Notes: generated by a model from the letters alone, not told the origin. DNA of 64,000 nt from Akkermansiaceae bacterium (GCA_015062005.1 SUVL01000006.1:11029-75028); one strand, 5' to 3'; shown: positions 27,544-37,351, numbered from the stretch's first letter. A program made the numbers and translations.

Positions 27544-30033
27544 ATGCAGGAGATTCCCATTGTTCTAGGCTTTACTTCCGGTGAGCTCAGCCCCTGGCTG
27601 GCCACCCGGTATGATTTGCAGGCTTACCAGCGCGGAGCCGCGGAGATAACGAATTTTCAGATTCAGCCCTACGGAGGAATTCAGTTGAGACCGGGCACAT
27701 ATTATGTCCGCACCTTGAGTTCGGCAAACGTCCGGCTGTTTCCGTTTCACTATGCAGAAAATGATGCATTGCTGTTGGAGTTCTATCCTGGCGGCATGCA
27801 TGTGTACAAGGCGGGCGCAATGGTATTGACGGCAGAGGAGATTCCATATGTTCTGATTACGCCGTGGAAGACTGCGGAGCAGCTTGCCTCGCTTCATTTT
27901 AACCAGGTGAATGATGCTGTGTATGTGTGCTGTCCTTCCCATCCGCCTGTGGTATTGTATCGCTACACTGATGCAAACTGGACCTGTGTGCAACCCGATT
28001 TCAAGGAGCCGCCGCGTGAAACACACGCTGCGCAAGCCGGTCTGCTATCCGTTGTATTCGAAAGAGGCGGGCTTTACGCCAACCTCACCATAGAAGGGGG
28101 AGAGCAGGGGTTCAGCCCGGATATGGAAAACAAGGAAATCCTGCTGGCAGATGCCGTTATCCCCAGTCGCATTTTGTTCGCCAACCAGATTCAGGAAACC
28201 ACAGCCAGGCCAGTTCCCGATATCTCGGTTACCGGGGTATCAAAAGATACCACCTGGTACCAGACCGATGAGGTGGCAGCCCTCCACTATTTTTACCGTT
28301 GCATTCGCGATTATCCCGTCAGCGCATTCAGCGGCAGCAAGAACCTGAGCGATTATCCCCATTATTTCCAGCCCGGCATCATGCGCCTGGATGAAAACCT
28401 GACTCCGTATGAGGTGGAAGGGGATTGGGAATTGACGACGAGCTCCACCTGGAATGGCTACTGGGAATTGTGGCGAAGTTATGACACCCCGGAAGACGAA
28501 CCGGATTTTCATCTTTGGAATTGGAGCTGCATTAAGAGCTTTTCCCAATCGGACTACGAAACGCGGCAGAATTGGGCTATCAGTGGTTCTGAACCACGGC
28601 CTTGCCGCATGGTGCTGGTCTGCCGCTGCAGTTCCGATGCCCAGACTCTCGGCGCCATACTCCAATTCCGAATTTTAGGTGGCAAACGCGAGTATCGCCT
28701 GCGCATCACCTCGGTTACGGACGAAAAGCACGCCCGGGCTCGAACCTTGCAGACCTTCCTGGGGCCGAGCATAAGTTACTCAACCCGTATGTGGAGCTTT
28801 GGCGCTATGGGGCCGCGAAATGGTTATCCGTCCTTTTCGGCTATGTTTCAGGGGCGTTTGTGGTTAGGTGGTATGCCGGGGCTGCCGACTACCCTGCTGG
28901 CCAGCGCAATAGATGATTTCCAGAATTTCCGGGTAGGGTCCAATGATGATGCTTCCATGAATCTGCGAATTATGGGGAGCGACCAAAGCCGGATTTGCTG
29001 GTTGTGCGCCACCCGTCAATTGCTTGTAGGCACATCGGATAGCGAGTGGGTGGTTGCATCGGGTGCAGGGAATGCGCTTACCCCTTCCAATGTTTCGTTC
29101 CGTCGCCAATCCTCAGTAGGGAGCGAGGCTATGCCTGCCCGCGCCGTGGAAAACACCGTCGTGTTTGTGCAGCGCGGGGGACGCAGGATGCGAGAGATTG
29201 CCTATCGCCTCGAATCGGATGGTTTTTCGACCACGGATATCAGCATGCTGGCGGAGCATTTGTTTGCATCCGGAATAAAGGACTGGTGTGTGCAGCGCGG
29301 TTCGAACTTCAATATCTGGGTTCTGATGAACGATGACACCCTGGCTGTGCTGACGATTAACCTTGAGCAGCAGGTGACCGCCTGGCAGCGGATTGAGCTG
29401 GGTGGCCGAAAGGTGCTTGGCATGGCAGCATTACAAAGCTCGGCAGGTAAGGATGACGAAATGTGGTTCGCTCTGCAGGTGGTGAGTTCCGGCGCGGTTG
29501 TGTTGGAGCGCATGTGCAACGATGCCCCGCACCTTGACAGTATGGAAGAGGTGGTTTCTGAGAAGAATATGGAGCTTAAATGCTCCAGCCACCTGGCTGG
29601 AACCGAGCTCTTCGTGGTGGATGTTGAGACGGATGCGACCATCCTCTGTTACGGCACGGCGGCGGGCCTGAGGGCATTGCCCAGTGTCAGGAAGGGGCGC
29701 AGATACCGCGCTGGCATTCCTATTGAAGCCCGGTTGCAGACCATGCCCCTGGAAGGCCATGTCAGTTTCAATTCCGTCCGCCAGTTCTGCCGTTTCAAGT
29801 TGAGACTGCTCAGGAGCGATACGGATTTTGAATTCCGAAGCACAGCCAATCCGGCATGGGAACGACTCACTCCCGGGTATTATCCGGAGCTATCTAATTC
29901 TTATACAGGTGCGCTGCGCTTGTCGCTGATGCCGGATGCCGCAGTAGGACAGGCTCTTTGCATCCGCTATTTCGGACACCATGACTTCCGCCTTCTTGCC
30001 ATTACCCAGGAGGTGGACCATCATGGTAAGTGA
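27544..30033 (+). CDS. Podovirus tail tubular protein B (T7 gp12 / nozzle)-like protein, solitary
   Basis: 829 aa from the ATG; the track ORF begins at GTG 27535. The match to my recollection of T7 gp12 is block-wise. The N-terminal block is GELSPWLATRYDLQAY..N..GGIQLRPG. The central blocks are FQGRLWLGG, DDASMNLRI.., LLVGTSDSEWVV..LTPSNVSFRRQSS and VTAWQRIELG. Confidence 0.5.
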   Translation: MQEIPIVLGFTSGELSPWLATRYDLQAYQRGAAEITNFQIQPYGGIQLRPGTYYVRTLSSANVRLFPFHYAENDALLLEFYPGGMHVYKAGAMVLTAEEIPYVLITPWKTAEQLASLHFNQVNDAVYVCCPSHPPVVLYRYTDANWTCVQPDFKEPPRETHAAQAGLLSVVFERGGLYANLTIEGGEQGFSPDMENKEILLADAVIPSRILFANQIQETTARPVPDISVTGVSKDTTWYQTDEVAALHYFYRCIRDYPVSAFSGSKNLSDYPHYFQPGIMRLDENLTPYEVEGDWELTTSSTWNGYWELWRSYDTPEDEPDFHLWNWSCIKSFSQSDYETRQNWAISGSEPRPCRMVLVCRCSSDAQTLGAILQFRILGGKREYRLRITSVTDEKHARARTLQTFLGPSISYSTRMWSFGAMGPRNGYPSFSAMFQGRLWLGGMPGLPTTLLASAIDDFQNFRVGSNDDASMNLRIMGSDQSRICWLCATRQLLVGTSDSEWVVASGAGNALTPSNVSFRRQSSVGSEAMPARAVENTVVFVQRGGRRMREIAYRLESDGFSTTDISMLAEHLFASGIKDWCVQRGSNFNIWVLMNDDTLAVLTINLEQQVTAWQRIELGGRKVLGMAALQSSAGKDDEMWFALQVVSSGAVVLERMCNDAPHLDSMEEVVSEKNMELKCSSHLAGTELFVVDVETDATILCYGTAAGLRALPSVRKGRRYRAGIPIEARLQTMPLEGHVSFNSVRQFCRFKLRLLRSDTDFEFRSTANPAWERLTPGYYPELSNSYTGALRLSLMPDAAVGQALCIRYFGHHDFRLLAITQEVDHHGK

Positions 30034-30039
30034 GGCGCC

Positions 30040-31407
30040 TCAGTCCAGACGCACCGGTTTGCCGGGTTCGGGAGTGATTACTTCCGTTCCCGGCATGCGG
30101 TTCTTGAGCTCTGCGCTGAGCGATTCGACTGCCGGCGGGTCGCCATGGACAAGCAGCACCTTTTTCGGATTCAGTTTGCAGGCATATTCAATAAGCGCGC
30201 GGCGTGTGGCGTGGCCTGAGAAATCAAAGCATTCCACCCGGCAATTGAGCGGGTAAGCCTGACCTCCCTTTTCGCGCAGATGCACCAGTTCACCATGATG
30301 GGCAGCCTTGATTTTTCCGGCGGGGGTTTCCGGGTCACTGTAACCCACGAAGAGTATGGCATCGTTCGGGTGGGTTATTATCTGCTCAGCCAGGATGTGG
30401 GAGACGGTGTGCTCACTCATCATACCGCTGGATACCAGGTAGATGTTGCCTGGTGAGGCAACCAGCGGAGCCTTGCCCTGGCGGGGGAGCCCGTGCGTTT
30501 CCACATGCTCCTTGATGCGGAAGCCGGGGGTGAGACGCGGAGTGCTGTCGGCCAGCTTGTCGTATACGGCGGTAATTTTGGAACTCAGACCGCCGAAATA
30601 GACAGGCACATCCGGGATGAGCCCCTGTTCCTTGAAACGGCCAATCTCAGTGAGCAGGCACTGGCTCTTGCCCAGGGCAAACACCGGGATGAGCACGGCG
30701 CCATCATTCTCCAATACGTCGCGGATTGTATCGGCAAAGCGGCGGAGTTCTTTCTCCCGGGTGTATCCGGCATTGCGCTCGGTGCAGCCGTGTGTGCTTT
30801 CCATGATGAGGATATCAATGCCGCTCTGCGGGAAATCCGCACCGGCGATAAGGGTCTGGTTGTCGAACTGTACGTCACCGGTATAGAGGATGGTGGCGCC
30901 GCTTTCGCTCTCAAGTTCTACTCCGCAGCTGCCCAGAATATGCCCGGCATCGTGCAGCGTGGCCAGCACACAGCCGTTGCGGCCAATGCGGAAGGGCGTG
31001 CCGTAGGGGCGGGGCATCCAGCAGCGGGCCACATGGTCCAGCTCAGCGTGCGTGTAGAACGGGTATTCGATGATGCCATCCTGGGTTCGTTTGGCTGTCA
31101 TTACGTTCACAGAGTTGTGCAGCATGGCCAGTCCCACTTCGCAGGTGGCGGCGGTCATGTTCACCTCGGCGGCAGGATATTTGTCTTGCAGTACGGGCAG
31201 GGTGCCGATGTGATCCAAGTGGGAGTGGGTAACGAAGATGGTATCGGGGTCAGCAGCTCCGATCAGGTTGAACTCCGGGGTGGCTTCTGCGCCTTCCTTC
31301 TTAGGGTGCATGCCGGAATCCAGCACAATGCGCACACCGTCCATATCGAGCAGGTAGCAGTTCGAGCCAATGTCGGTGTAGCGGGAAAGGTTTGTGAAAC
31401 TTATCAT
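30040..31407 (-). CDS. MBL-fold beta-CASP family hydrolase (RNA-metabolising type)
   Basis: Has the HSHLDHIG motif and MBL plus beta-CASP length. Start taken at MISFTNLSRY. Confidence 0.75.
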   Translation of the reverse strand: MISFTNLSRYTDIGSNCYLLDMDGVRIVLDSGMHPKKEGAEATPEFNLIGAADPDTIFVTHSHLDHIGTLPVLQDKYPAAEVNMTAATCEVGLAMLHNSVNVMTAKRTQDGIIEYPFYTHAELDHVARCWMPRPYGTPFRIGRNGCVLATLHDAGHILGSCGVELESESGATILYTGDVQFDNQTLIAGADFPQSGIDILIMESTHGCTERNAGYTREKELRRFADTIRDVLENDGAVLIPVFALGKSQCLLTEIGRFKEQGLIPDVPVYFGGLSSKITAVYDKLADSTPRLTPGFRIKEHVETHGLPRQGKAPLVASPGNIYLVSSGMMSEHTVSHILAEQIITHPNDAILFVGYSDPETPAGKIKAAHHGELVHLREKGGQAYPLNCRVECFDFSGHATRRALIEYACKLNPKKVLLVHGDPPAVESLSAELKNRMPGTEVITPEPGKPVRLD

Positions 31408-31474
31408 CGTGAAAATCAAGTGCGGGGCGAGGGTACACCATTTTGCCCGTTTTGTCAACGCCGGGCTTGGGTAA

Positions 31475-32584
31475 TCAGCCCTCCCGGCTGAGTGAGGAGC
31501 AGAGCTCTGCTACACTCCGTATCGTATCTCCAAGCCGGTAGGGATATGGCAGGGAATCGTATATGTGCGGGCGGTAGGCGTGCCATTGCTCCAGCCGGTC
31601 TGCGATTCCGGCATTATCGTTGGGCGACACGCGACCTTCCGGCAGGAAGGTGTCCAGTACTTCACCCACCACTCCGTGGTCATATCCGGCTACCGGGCGA
31701 CCCAGGGCAAGCGCTTCCAGCACGGTGCGGTCGTGGCAGGCTGGTGCTTTTGCCAACGACAGCACCACATCGCAGATGCAGATGACATCCCGCAAATCCG
31801 GGCGGTGCCCCAGCCAGGTGATTTGCTTTTCTATGCCGCTTGCTCTGAATAATTTCCTGAGCTTATTAAGGTAGGCCGCATCGGCACGCGCTGTGTCGCC
31901 GGCTATGTAGACATGCGCTGGCACGTTAATCTGGTTGAGCCTGGAGAGAACCGGCACCAGGTCTTCCAGTCCGTGCAGCGGGGTGATGGCTCCGGGTACG
32001 CATACGGATAAAGCCCCCTCCGGCTCCTTGCAGGAACGCATCCATTGTTGAATCCAGGCATCCGAGGGTTTGTATTCCGGGTTGCAGAGTTCTTCGTTGA
32101 CTCCGTATGGAATTACCCAGATGTTGCGTTCGGGATCAAGCTTTGCCCTTCGGGTCAGCTCATTACGCAAGTGGCGCGAGATGGCGACCAAGGCATCGCA
32201 GCGGTTCAGACTCGTGGCCCAGCCGGGATGCTTGGGGTAGGTGGTGTGAATGCCGATGATGCGGGGCCTCTGTTCTTCCGGCATGGCGTTGCACGCTCTC
32301 CAGGCCAGATTGGCCGCCGGGGTGGTGTAGGCCAGGATGATATCAGCCTTGGTTGATGCCACGAGCCTGCGTAATCTGCGCAGCTCATTGAGGTAAGTGA
32401 AGACAGCGATGTTGCGCGAGCTGTGGTGCTGCACGGATGATGCCGTGAGTCTCCCCACCAGCTCATTGGGAGGGGAAACCACCGTGTTGCGGAATCCTGC
32501 CTGCTGCAGGCCACAGGCCAGATCTGCTGCCAGCTGATTGACTCCACCTGGGCGAAGCCGCGGGCTGATGTGGAGCACGTTCAT
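31475..32584 (-). CDS. Glycosyltransferase family 4 (GT-B)
   Basis: 369 aa, paralogous to the adjacent gene (MNVLHISPRLRPGGVNQ vs MKVMHLLPSLSSGGVEQ; C-terminal E..ALGRPVAGY). Confidence 0.8.
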   Translation of the reverse strand: MNVLHISPRLRPGGVNQLAADLACGLQQAGFRNTVVSPPNELVGRLTASSVQHHSSRNIAVFTYLNELRRLRRLVASTKADIILAYTTPAANLAWRACNAMPEEQRPRIIGIHTTYPKHPGWATSLNRCDALVAISRHLRNELTRRAKLDPERNIWVIPYGVNEELCNPEYKPSDAWIQQWMRSCKEPEGALSVCVPGAITPLHGLEDLVPVLSRLNQINVPAHVYIAGDTARADAAYLNKLRKLFRASGIEKQITWLGHRPDLRDVICICDVVLSLAKAPACHDRTVLEALALGRPVAGYDHGVVGEVLDTFLPEGRVSPNDNAGIADRLEQWHAYRPHIYDSLPYPYRLGDTIRSVAELCSSLSREG

Positions 32585-32587
32585 GCC

Positions 32588-33697
32588 TTATTTCTTGCAG
32601 AGAGTATTGTAAAGCTCCAGGTGTGATTGAATCATATCTTCCCGGCGGTAGGGGGCGGGTACCGGGGTGACAGGGACTGGGCGGTCGGAGTACCATTTCT
32701 CCAGTAATTCCGCCATGGCTTGTGTATTGCCGGTGGGCACCATGCCGGCGGGCAGGAACTGGCGGAGCTGCTCGCCTACGCCGCCGTGCTCATAACCGGC
32801 TACAGGCCGCCCCAGGGAGAGGGCTTCCAGCGTGGTCTTGCCAAATGATTCCGGCTGCAGGGTCAGGGAGAGGGTCACATCACAGGCGCAGAGTACATCG
32901 GCCAGGTCTTTGCGGTGTCCAGTCCATGTGACGCAATCTGCCACGCCGGCTTTGTCGAAACCGGCCTGTACTTCTTCCCGGTATGCCTCCTTGCCTTTCT
33001 TTGTTTCGCCCACGATGACGGCGTGTGCCGGAATTCCCTTGCTGCGCAGGTGCTGGAGAATGGGTGCGAGATGTGGAGCTCCCTTCAGCCGAGTGATGCG
33101 GCCTGGCAGGCACAGCGTGTATTTGCCTTTCAGTTCCGGGTAATCGGAGTACCACTTGTCGAACCACTCCTGTGACGGCGTGTATTCCGGATTAAATTTC
33201 GCGGCATCAATCGAATTGGGGATGACGATGATGTTCTCTGCCGGGGTCTGGGGGTAATTTTGCAGGATGTGCTCCCGCATACATTCCGACACGGCAATGA
33301 CCTTATCCCCCCTGGCCATGACCGCAGAGTATGCGTTCACGGAGTGGAAACCGTGGAAAGAGGAAACGATGGAAGGCCTCTCGGCCGCGGGTATGCGCTT
33401 GCAGGCCAGCTGCCCCACCCAGGCAGGCACGCGGGAATGTACATGCAGTATATCCGGCTTCTCTGCGCGGATAAGCCGCGCGGTCTTGCCCACCTGGAAG
33501 AGGGTGAAGATACTTTTTTTGCCGATGGGGCGGGTGATATGCCGGGCCCCGGCGGCTTCGATACCCGGCACCATGCTGCCGCCTGCGGAAACAACAACAT
33601 TATCCACCCCGTGGGCGCAGAGCCCTTCGCAGAGCTCGAGTACGACTTGTTCCACCCCTCCGGAGCTGAGGGAAGGCAGGAGGTGCATCACTTTCAT
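32588..33697 (-). CDS. Glycosyltransferase family 4 (GT-B)
   Basis: 369 aa, tandem paralog of 31475..32584. Confidence 0.8.
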   Translation of the reverse strand: MKVMHLLPSLSSGGVEQVVLELCEGLCAHGVDNVVVSAGGSMVPGIEAAGARHITRPIGKKSIFTLFQVGKTARLIRAEKPDILHVHSRVPAWVGQLACKRIPAAERPSIVSSFHGFHSVNAYSAVMARGDKVIAVSECMREHILQNYPQTPAENIIVIPNSIDAAKFNPEYTPSQEWFDKWYSDYPELKGKYTLCLPGRITRLKGAPHLAPILQHLRSKGIPAHAVIVGETKKGKEAYREEVQAGFDKAGVADCVTWTGHRKDLADVLCACDVTLSLTLQPESFGKTTLEALSLGRPVAGYEHGGVGEQLRQFLPAGMVPTGNTQAMAELLEKWYSDRPVPVTPVPAPYRREDMIQSHLELYNTLCKK

Positions 33698-34662
33698 GGC
33701 ACTAGTTTGGGGAAATTATCCAGTATGTAGGTTGCGGCACGGCCTGCCTCGTTCATCACGGTGCCGGTTTTGGGGATTGTGTTGGTCTTGGCCCATTCGG
33801 TGAATCGGCACACGCTGCCATCGGCAATGAGCATATTCAGACCTCGCGCTATGCGGGAGGAATCCGGCTTGTGCGGGCCTTCCTTGGCCGGCATCTCGAT
33901 GATGCCCACGGGTGCCCCGCTGGAGAGAGCTTCGTATACCATGCTCACGCTGTCCTGCGACACCCACACTTCCTTGGCTTTAGCGAGATTTGCCGGCACC
34001 CAGTCCGGTCCGGTTTCCTCGACGGGAACCACGCGGATATTCGGGCAGGCGGTGGTCACATCGTGTACGAAATCTGCCGGGGTGCGGCGCGAAGTGGTGA
34101 GCACAATGGGGGTGGTGGTAAGGCGGGCAATGGAGGAAAGCTGGTTGAGCACCAGTTCTGCATCCCAGTTATAACTCTTGCTCGGACCTCCTATGAGAAT
34201 AAGCGTCTGTGTTTTGGCGATGTCCGGTGTGGGGCGTATCCCGTTGATGGCTCCGTTTGTCGGGAACACCTGGCCGTTGGCTTCAAAGCCGTCCGGCAGG
34301 TCATGGCGCGGGGTGATGCACAGGTCGAACATGCTGGCTGGCAGGCTCGGGCGCATGCACACCATGCACAGGCATCGCAGGTGGCGGGCCAGGCTCAGAG
34401 CTGCCAGGTGGGTGCCGTGGCCTGCACAGAGAATGAGGTCCGGGCGCGGGTAGGTCAGTTCCTTGCCTTTGTAGAAGAGCTTCTTGAACCAGCTCAGACC
34501 GGTGATGTCCACTTCGTAGCACTCGTGCTTGCGCTCAGGATTACGCTCGGTGGCTTGTTCGATAAGGGCGTTAGCCAGCCCACGGGTCTGGGAAAGGTGG
34601 CCTTTCTTGCCATCGCTGATGATGTAGATAATCATGGCTTTATTGGAGAGGGAGGGTGACAC
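33694..34662 (-). CDS. ELM1/GtrOC1-like (DUF1022) putative glycosyltransferase
   Basis: 322 aa with IISDGKKGHLSQTRGLANAL near the N-terminus. It has a 4-nt overlap with the downstream GT4 gene. Confidence 0.6.
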   Translation of the reverse strand: MSPSLSNKAMIIYIISDGKKGHLSQTRGLANALIEQATERNPERKHECYEVDITGLSWFKKLFYKGKELTYPRPDLILCAGHGTHLAALSLARHLRCLCMVCMRPSLPASMFDLCITPRHDLPDGFEANGQVFPTNGAINGIRPTPDIAKTQTLILIGGPSKSYNWDAELVLNQLSSIARLTTTPIVLTTSRRTPADFVHDVTTACPNIRVVPVEETGPDWVPANLAKAKEVWVSQDSVSMVYEALSSGAPVGIIEMPAKEGPHKPDSSRIARGLNMLIADGSVCRFTEWAKTNTIPKTGTVMNEAGRAATYILDNFPKLVP

Positions 34663-35929
34663 TGCCGCAGAGGGTGTGGCCCAGCAGCGGGGTGTTCAGG
34701 GTGCCGCAGGGCAGCGTTTCTTCGGTAACAAGCGTGACGGCTTCCGGGTCAAAGAGAAGCAGGGGCATTCCTTCCGGTTCCTCGGTGTCCATCACATCCG
34801 GGTAGGCAATGGAGCAGGGATTCACGCAGCATGACTTCACCAGTTCGCTCCAGCTCAGTCTGCCTGGCTTCACCAGGTAGGTGTAGAGCGTGGGCAGGAA
34901 GTGATCCAGCAGGCACATGCCTTGCGGTGCGGAGGGGAAATCCTGCTTCTTGGCGAAGGGTGTGCAGGGGGTGTGGTCGGAGACAATGCAGTCGATGGTG
35001 CCGTCCTTCACACCTGCCAGCAGGGCCTCGGTATCAGCCTTGTCGCGCAGCGGCGGCAGGGTCTTGTAGTTTGTGTCGTAATCACCCACATTCTCATGGG
35101 TGAAGAGGAGGTGGTGCAGGGCTACCTCGGCTGTCACCTGGCAACCGGCAGCCTTGGCGCGGCGGATGATTTCCACCCCTTCAGCCGTGCTTACGGTCTG
35201 CACGTGCAGCTTGCAGCCGGCATCCTGTGCCAGGCGCACAATGATTTCCAGGCCGATTTCCTCAGCGCAGGCAGGGGTGCCGTGCAGCCCCAGCTTGTAG
35301 GAAGTGGTGCCGGGGTGCATGCAGGTGTTGGCGGTGATGCTGGGCACATCGCCACGGATGGCCATAGTCATGCCGAGCTCGGCCACGTATTTCATGGCGC
35401 GGTGCATCATGAGCAGGTTGCCAGGGCGTTCGCCCGCATCGCTCAGGATGCTGATGCCGCGTGCGGCCAGTGTGTTGTAGGGAGCCTGCTGGTCGCCCTT
35501 CATACCGTGCGAGATGCAACCGGCGGGAATCATCTCTGCTGCGGAACGCTGCCCCACTGCATCGCGGAAACTGTCCAGCGCAGCGCTGTTGTCGAACATG
35601 AACCCGGCGGTGGGCTGCACCAGGATGCCCCATACGCCGCCTTGCACGGCTGCCTGGCCGGTGCGGGTCACCGATTCGCGCTTGCTGCGGCCTTCGATTT
35701 CCACTTTGGCGTGCATATCGAAGAGGGCTGGCAGAATCAGTTTTCCCGTAGCGTCGATGACACGGGCCCGTTCCGGGATATTCATCTGCCCGGCGGGGCG
35801 TACCTCCGCATCGCTGATGGTGATACCGCCGAACTCAGGCACAACCTGGCTGTGGCCCGGTGCCAGGCGGATGTCGAACTTCTCACCCGTGGGGGCCCAG
35901 GTGGCATTCCGAATGTAAGTACTAGTCAT
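34640..35929 (-). CDS. Dihydroorotase-like amidohydrolase, probably non-catalytic PyrC'-type
   Basis: 429 aa. It overlaps pyrB by 8 nt. The DxHxH motif reads DMHAK, the HxxH region reads HVQT, and SDHTP is retained. Confidence 0.7.
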   Translation of the reverse strand: MTSTYIRNATWAPTGEKFDIRLAPGHSQVVPEFGGITISDAEVRPAGQMNIPERARVIDATGKLILPALFDMHAKVEIEGRSKRESVTRTGQAAVQGGVWGILVQPTAGFMFDNSAALDSFRDAVGQRSAAEMIPAGCISHGMKGDQQAPYNTLAARGISILSDAGERPGNLLMMHRAMKYVAELGMTMAIRGDVPSITANTCMHPGTTSYKLGLHGTPACAEEIGLEIIVRLAQDAGCKLHVQTVSTAEGVEIIRRAKAAGCQVTAEVALHHLLFTHENVGDYDTNYKTLPPLRDKADTEALLAGVKDGTIDCIVSDHTPCTPFAKKQDFPSAPQGMCLLDHFLPTLYTYLVKPGRLSWSELVKSCCVNPCSIAYPDVMDTEEPEGMPLLLFDPEAVTLVTEETLPCGTLNTPLLGHTLCGSVTLPLQ

Positions 35930-36848
35930 TGTTCTGAGTCCGGGGGGTAAGGTAGGAAAGGATGCTCATGCGGGCGGCTACACCGTTTTCGACCTGGTTG
36001 CAGATGAGGCTGTTGCGGTATTCCATGGCGCTGTCGCACAGCTCTACTCCGCGGTTCACCGGGCCTGGGTGCATGATGCTTAAATCAAGGTCATCGATGC
36101 GCTTCAGGCGTTCCTCGGTCACACCGAAGGCATTGTGATAATCCGAGGAGGGGAAGAAGGGGGTGTCCATGCGCTCGTTCTGCACACGCAGCAGGTAGAT
36201 GACATCCGGCTTCCACTCGAACACGGCGTCCCAGTTCGTGAAGCGCGGAATGCCGGTGAACTTCTCCTGTGGCACCAGCGGGCCGGGCCCCATGTAGGCC
36301 ACGGCGGCTCCGAGCCGCTTCAGGATGGTGCTGGTGGAGCGGGCCACGCGGCTGTGCAGAATATCACCGATGATGACGACGCGCTTGCCACTCAGTTCGC
36401 CATATTTCTCCTGCAGGGTGAAGGCATCCAGGAAGGCCTGGCTGGGGTGCGCGTGGGCACCGTCGCCTGCGTTGATGACGGAGGCTTTGGCGTGTCGGCC
36501 GATGACGGCGGGGATGCCGCTGTTCTTGTGGCGCACGATGATGTAGTCCATGTGCATGCTCATGAGCGTGTCGATGGTGTCATGCACGCTTTCTCCCTTG
36601 ACCACGGATGAGGTGGCCACGGTGAAGGTGGTTACATCGGCCTGCAGGCGGCGAGCTGCCAGTTCGAACGAGGAGCGAGTGCGCGTGCTGGGCTCATAGA
36701 ACAGGGTGAGCACAGATTTTCCGGCCAGGGCCGGGTGGGTCTTGCCGCTGCAGAATACCTGCTTCATCTCCGCAGCGCCTTTCAGGATGCTGCGGATATC
36801 AGTATCGCTCAGCGAGTCGATGGTGAGAAGGTCTTTAGGCGTACTCAT
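35922..36848 (-). CDS. pyrB: Aspartate carbamoyltransferase catalytic subunit
   Basis: 308 aa with STRTRSSFE, HPSQ and HPGP motifs. Confidence 0.93.
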   Translation of the reverse strand: MSTPKDLLTIDSLSDTDIRSILKGAAEMKQVFCSGKTHPALAGKSVLTLFYEPSTRTRSSFELAARRLQADVTTFTVATSSVVKGESVHDTIDTLMSMHMDYIIVRHKNSGIPAVIGRHAKASVINAGDGAHAHPSQAFLDAFTLQEKYGELSGKRVVIIGDILHSRVARSTSTILKRLGAAVAYMGPGPLVPQEKFTGIPRFTNWDAVFEWKPDVIYLLRVQNERMDTPFFPSSDYHNAFGVTEERLKRIDDLDLSIMHPGPVNRGVELCDSAMEYRNSLICNQVENGVAARMSILSYLTPRTQNND

Positions 36849-36876
36849 TGCAGAGTCGGGGCGTTTACCCGTTGGG

Positions 36877-37284
36877 TTATTCAGCCAGCTTGATGATGCG
36901 GTGGGCGGCCATGGCGGCGTTTACGGGGGTCTTCTTGTGCAGCCCCACAGTGGTGGCGGGGACTCCGCCAGGCAGCTGGGAGATTGCCAGCAGGGCGTCC
37001 ACACCGTTCAGCGGCCCGCAGGGTACCGGTACGCCGATGACGGGCAGCTCCGTATTCATCACCACCACGCCGGGCAGGGCGGCGGAAAGTCCTGCCACGC
37101 AGAGCAGCACAGCCTTCGTGCCGCTGGCCTCAAGGCCTTTCAGATACTCGATAAGGGCGGGTAAATCGCGGTGGGCAGAGTAGATAACCTCCTCGTGTTC
37201 AACATTGTTCTCTTGGAAGTATACGCGAGCCGGTTCCATGAAGGGAAGGTCGCTCTTGCTGCCGTAAATCGTGATAACTTTCAT
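36877..37284 (-). CDS. purE: PurE-family protein (N5-CAIR mutase / AIR carboxylase-like), short form
   Basis: Internal Met gives MKVITIYGSKSDLPFM..SAHRDLP..AGLSAALPG..PVIGVPV. It is 135 aa, and the usual AAHLPG loop reads SAALPG. Confidence 0.65.
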   Translation of the reverse strand: MKVITIYGSKSDLPFMEPARVYFQENNVEHEEVIYSAHRDLPALIEYLKGLEASGTKAVLLCVAGLSAALPGVVVMNTELPVIGVPVPCGPLNGVDALLAISQLPGGVPATTVGLHKKTPVNAAMAAHRIIKLAE

Positions 37285-37351
37285 GCTACCGCATAGCTTA
37301 TCACGCACACACGCGCGAAGCAAGAAAAAAGCACGCCACGACCCTTTGAAT

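Noticed and set aside
25000-31500. A prophage around the gp12-like gene.
   Set aside because: The flanking genes are nadE, a C_GCAxxG protein and a beta-CASP hydrolase. No capsid, portal, terminase, lysis or integrase genes and no att-like repeats are visible.
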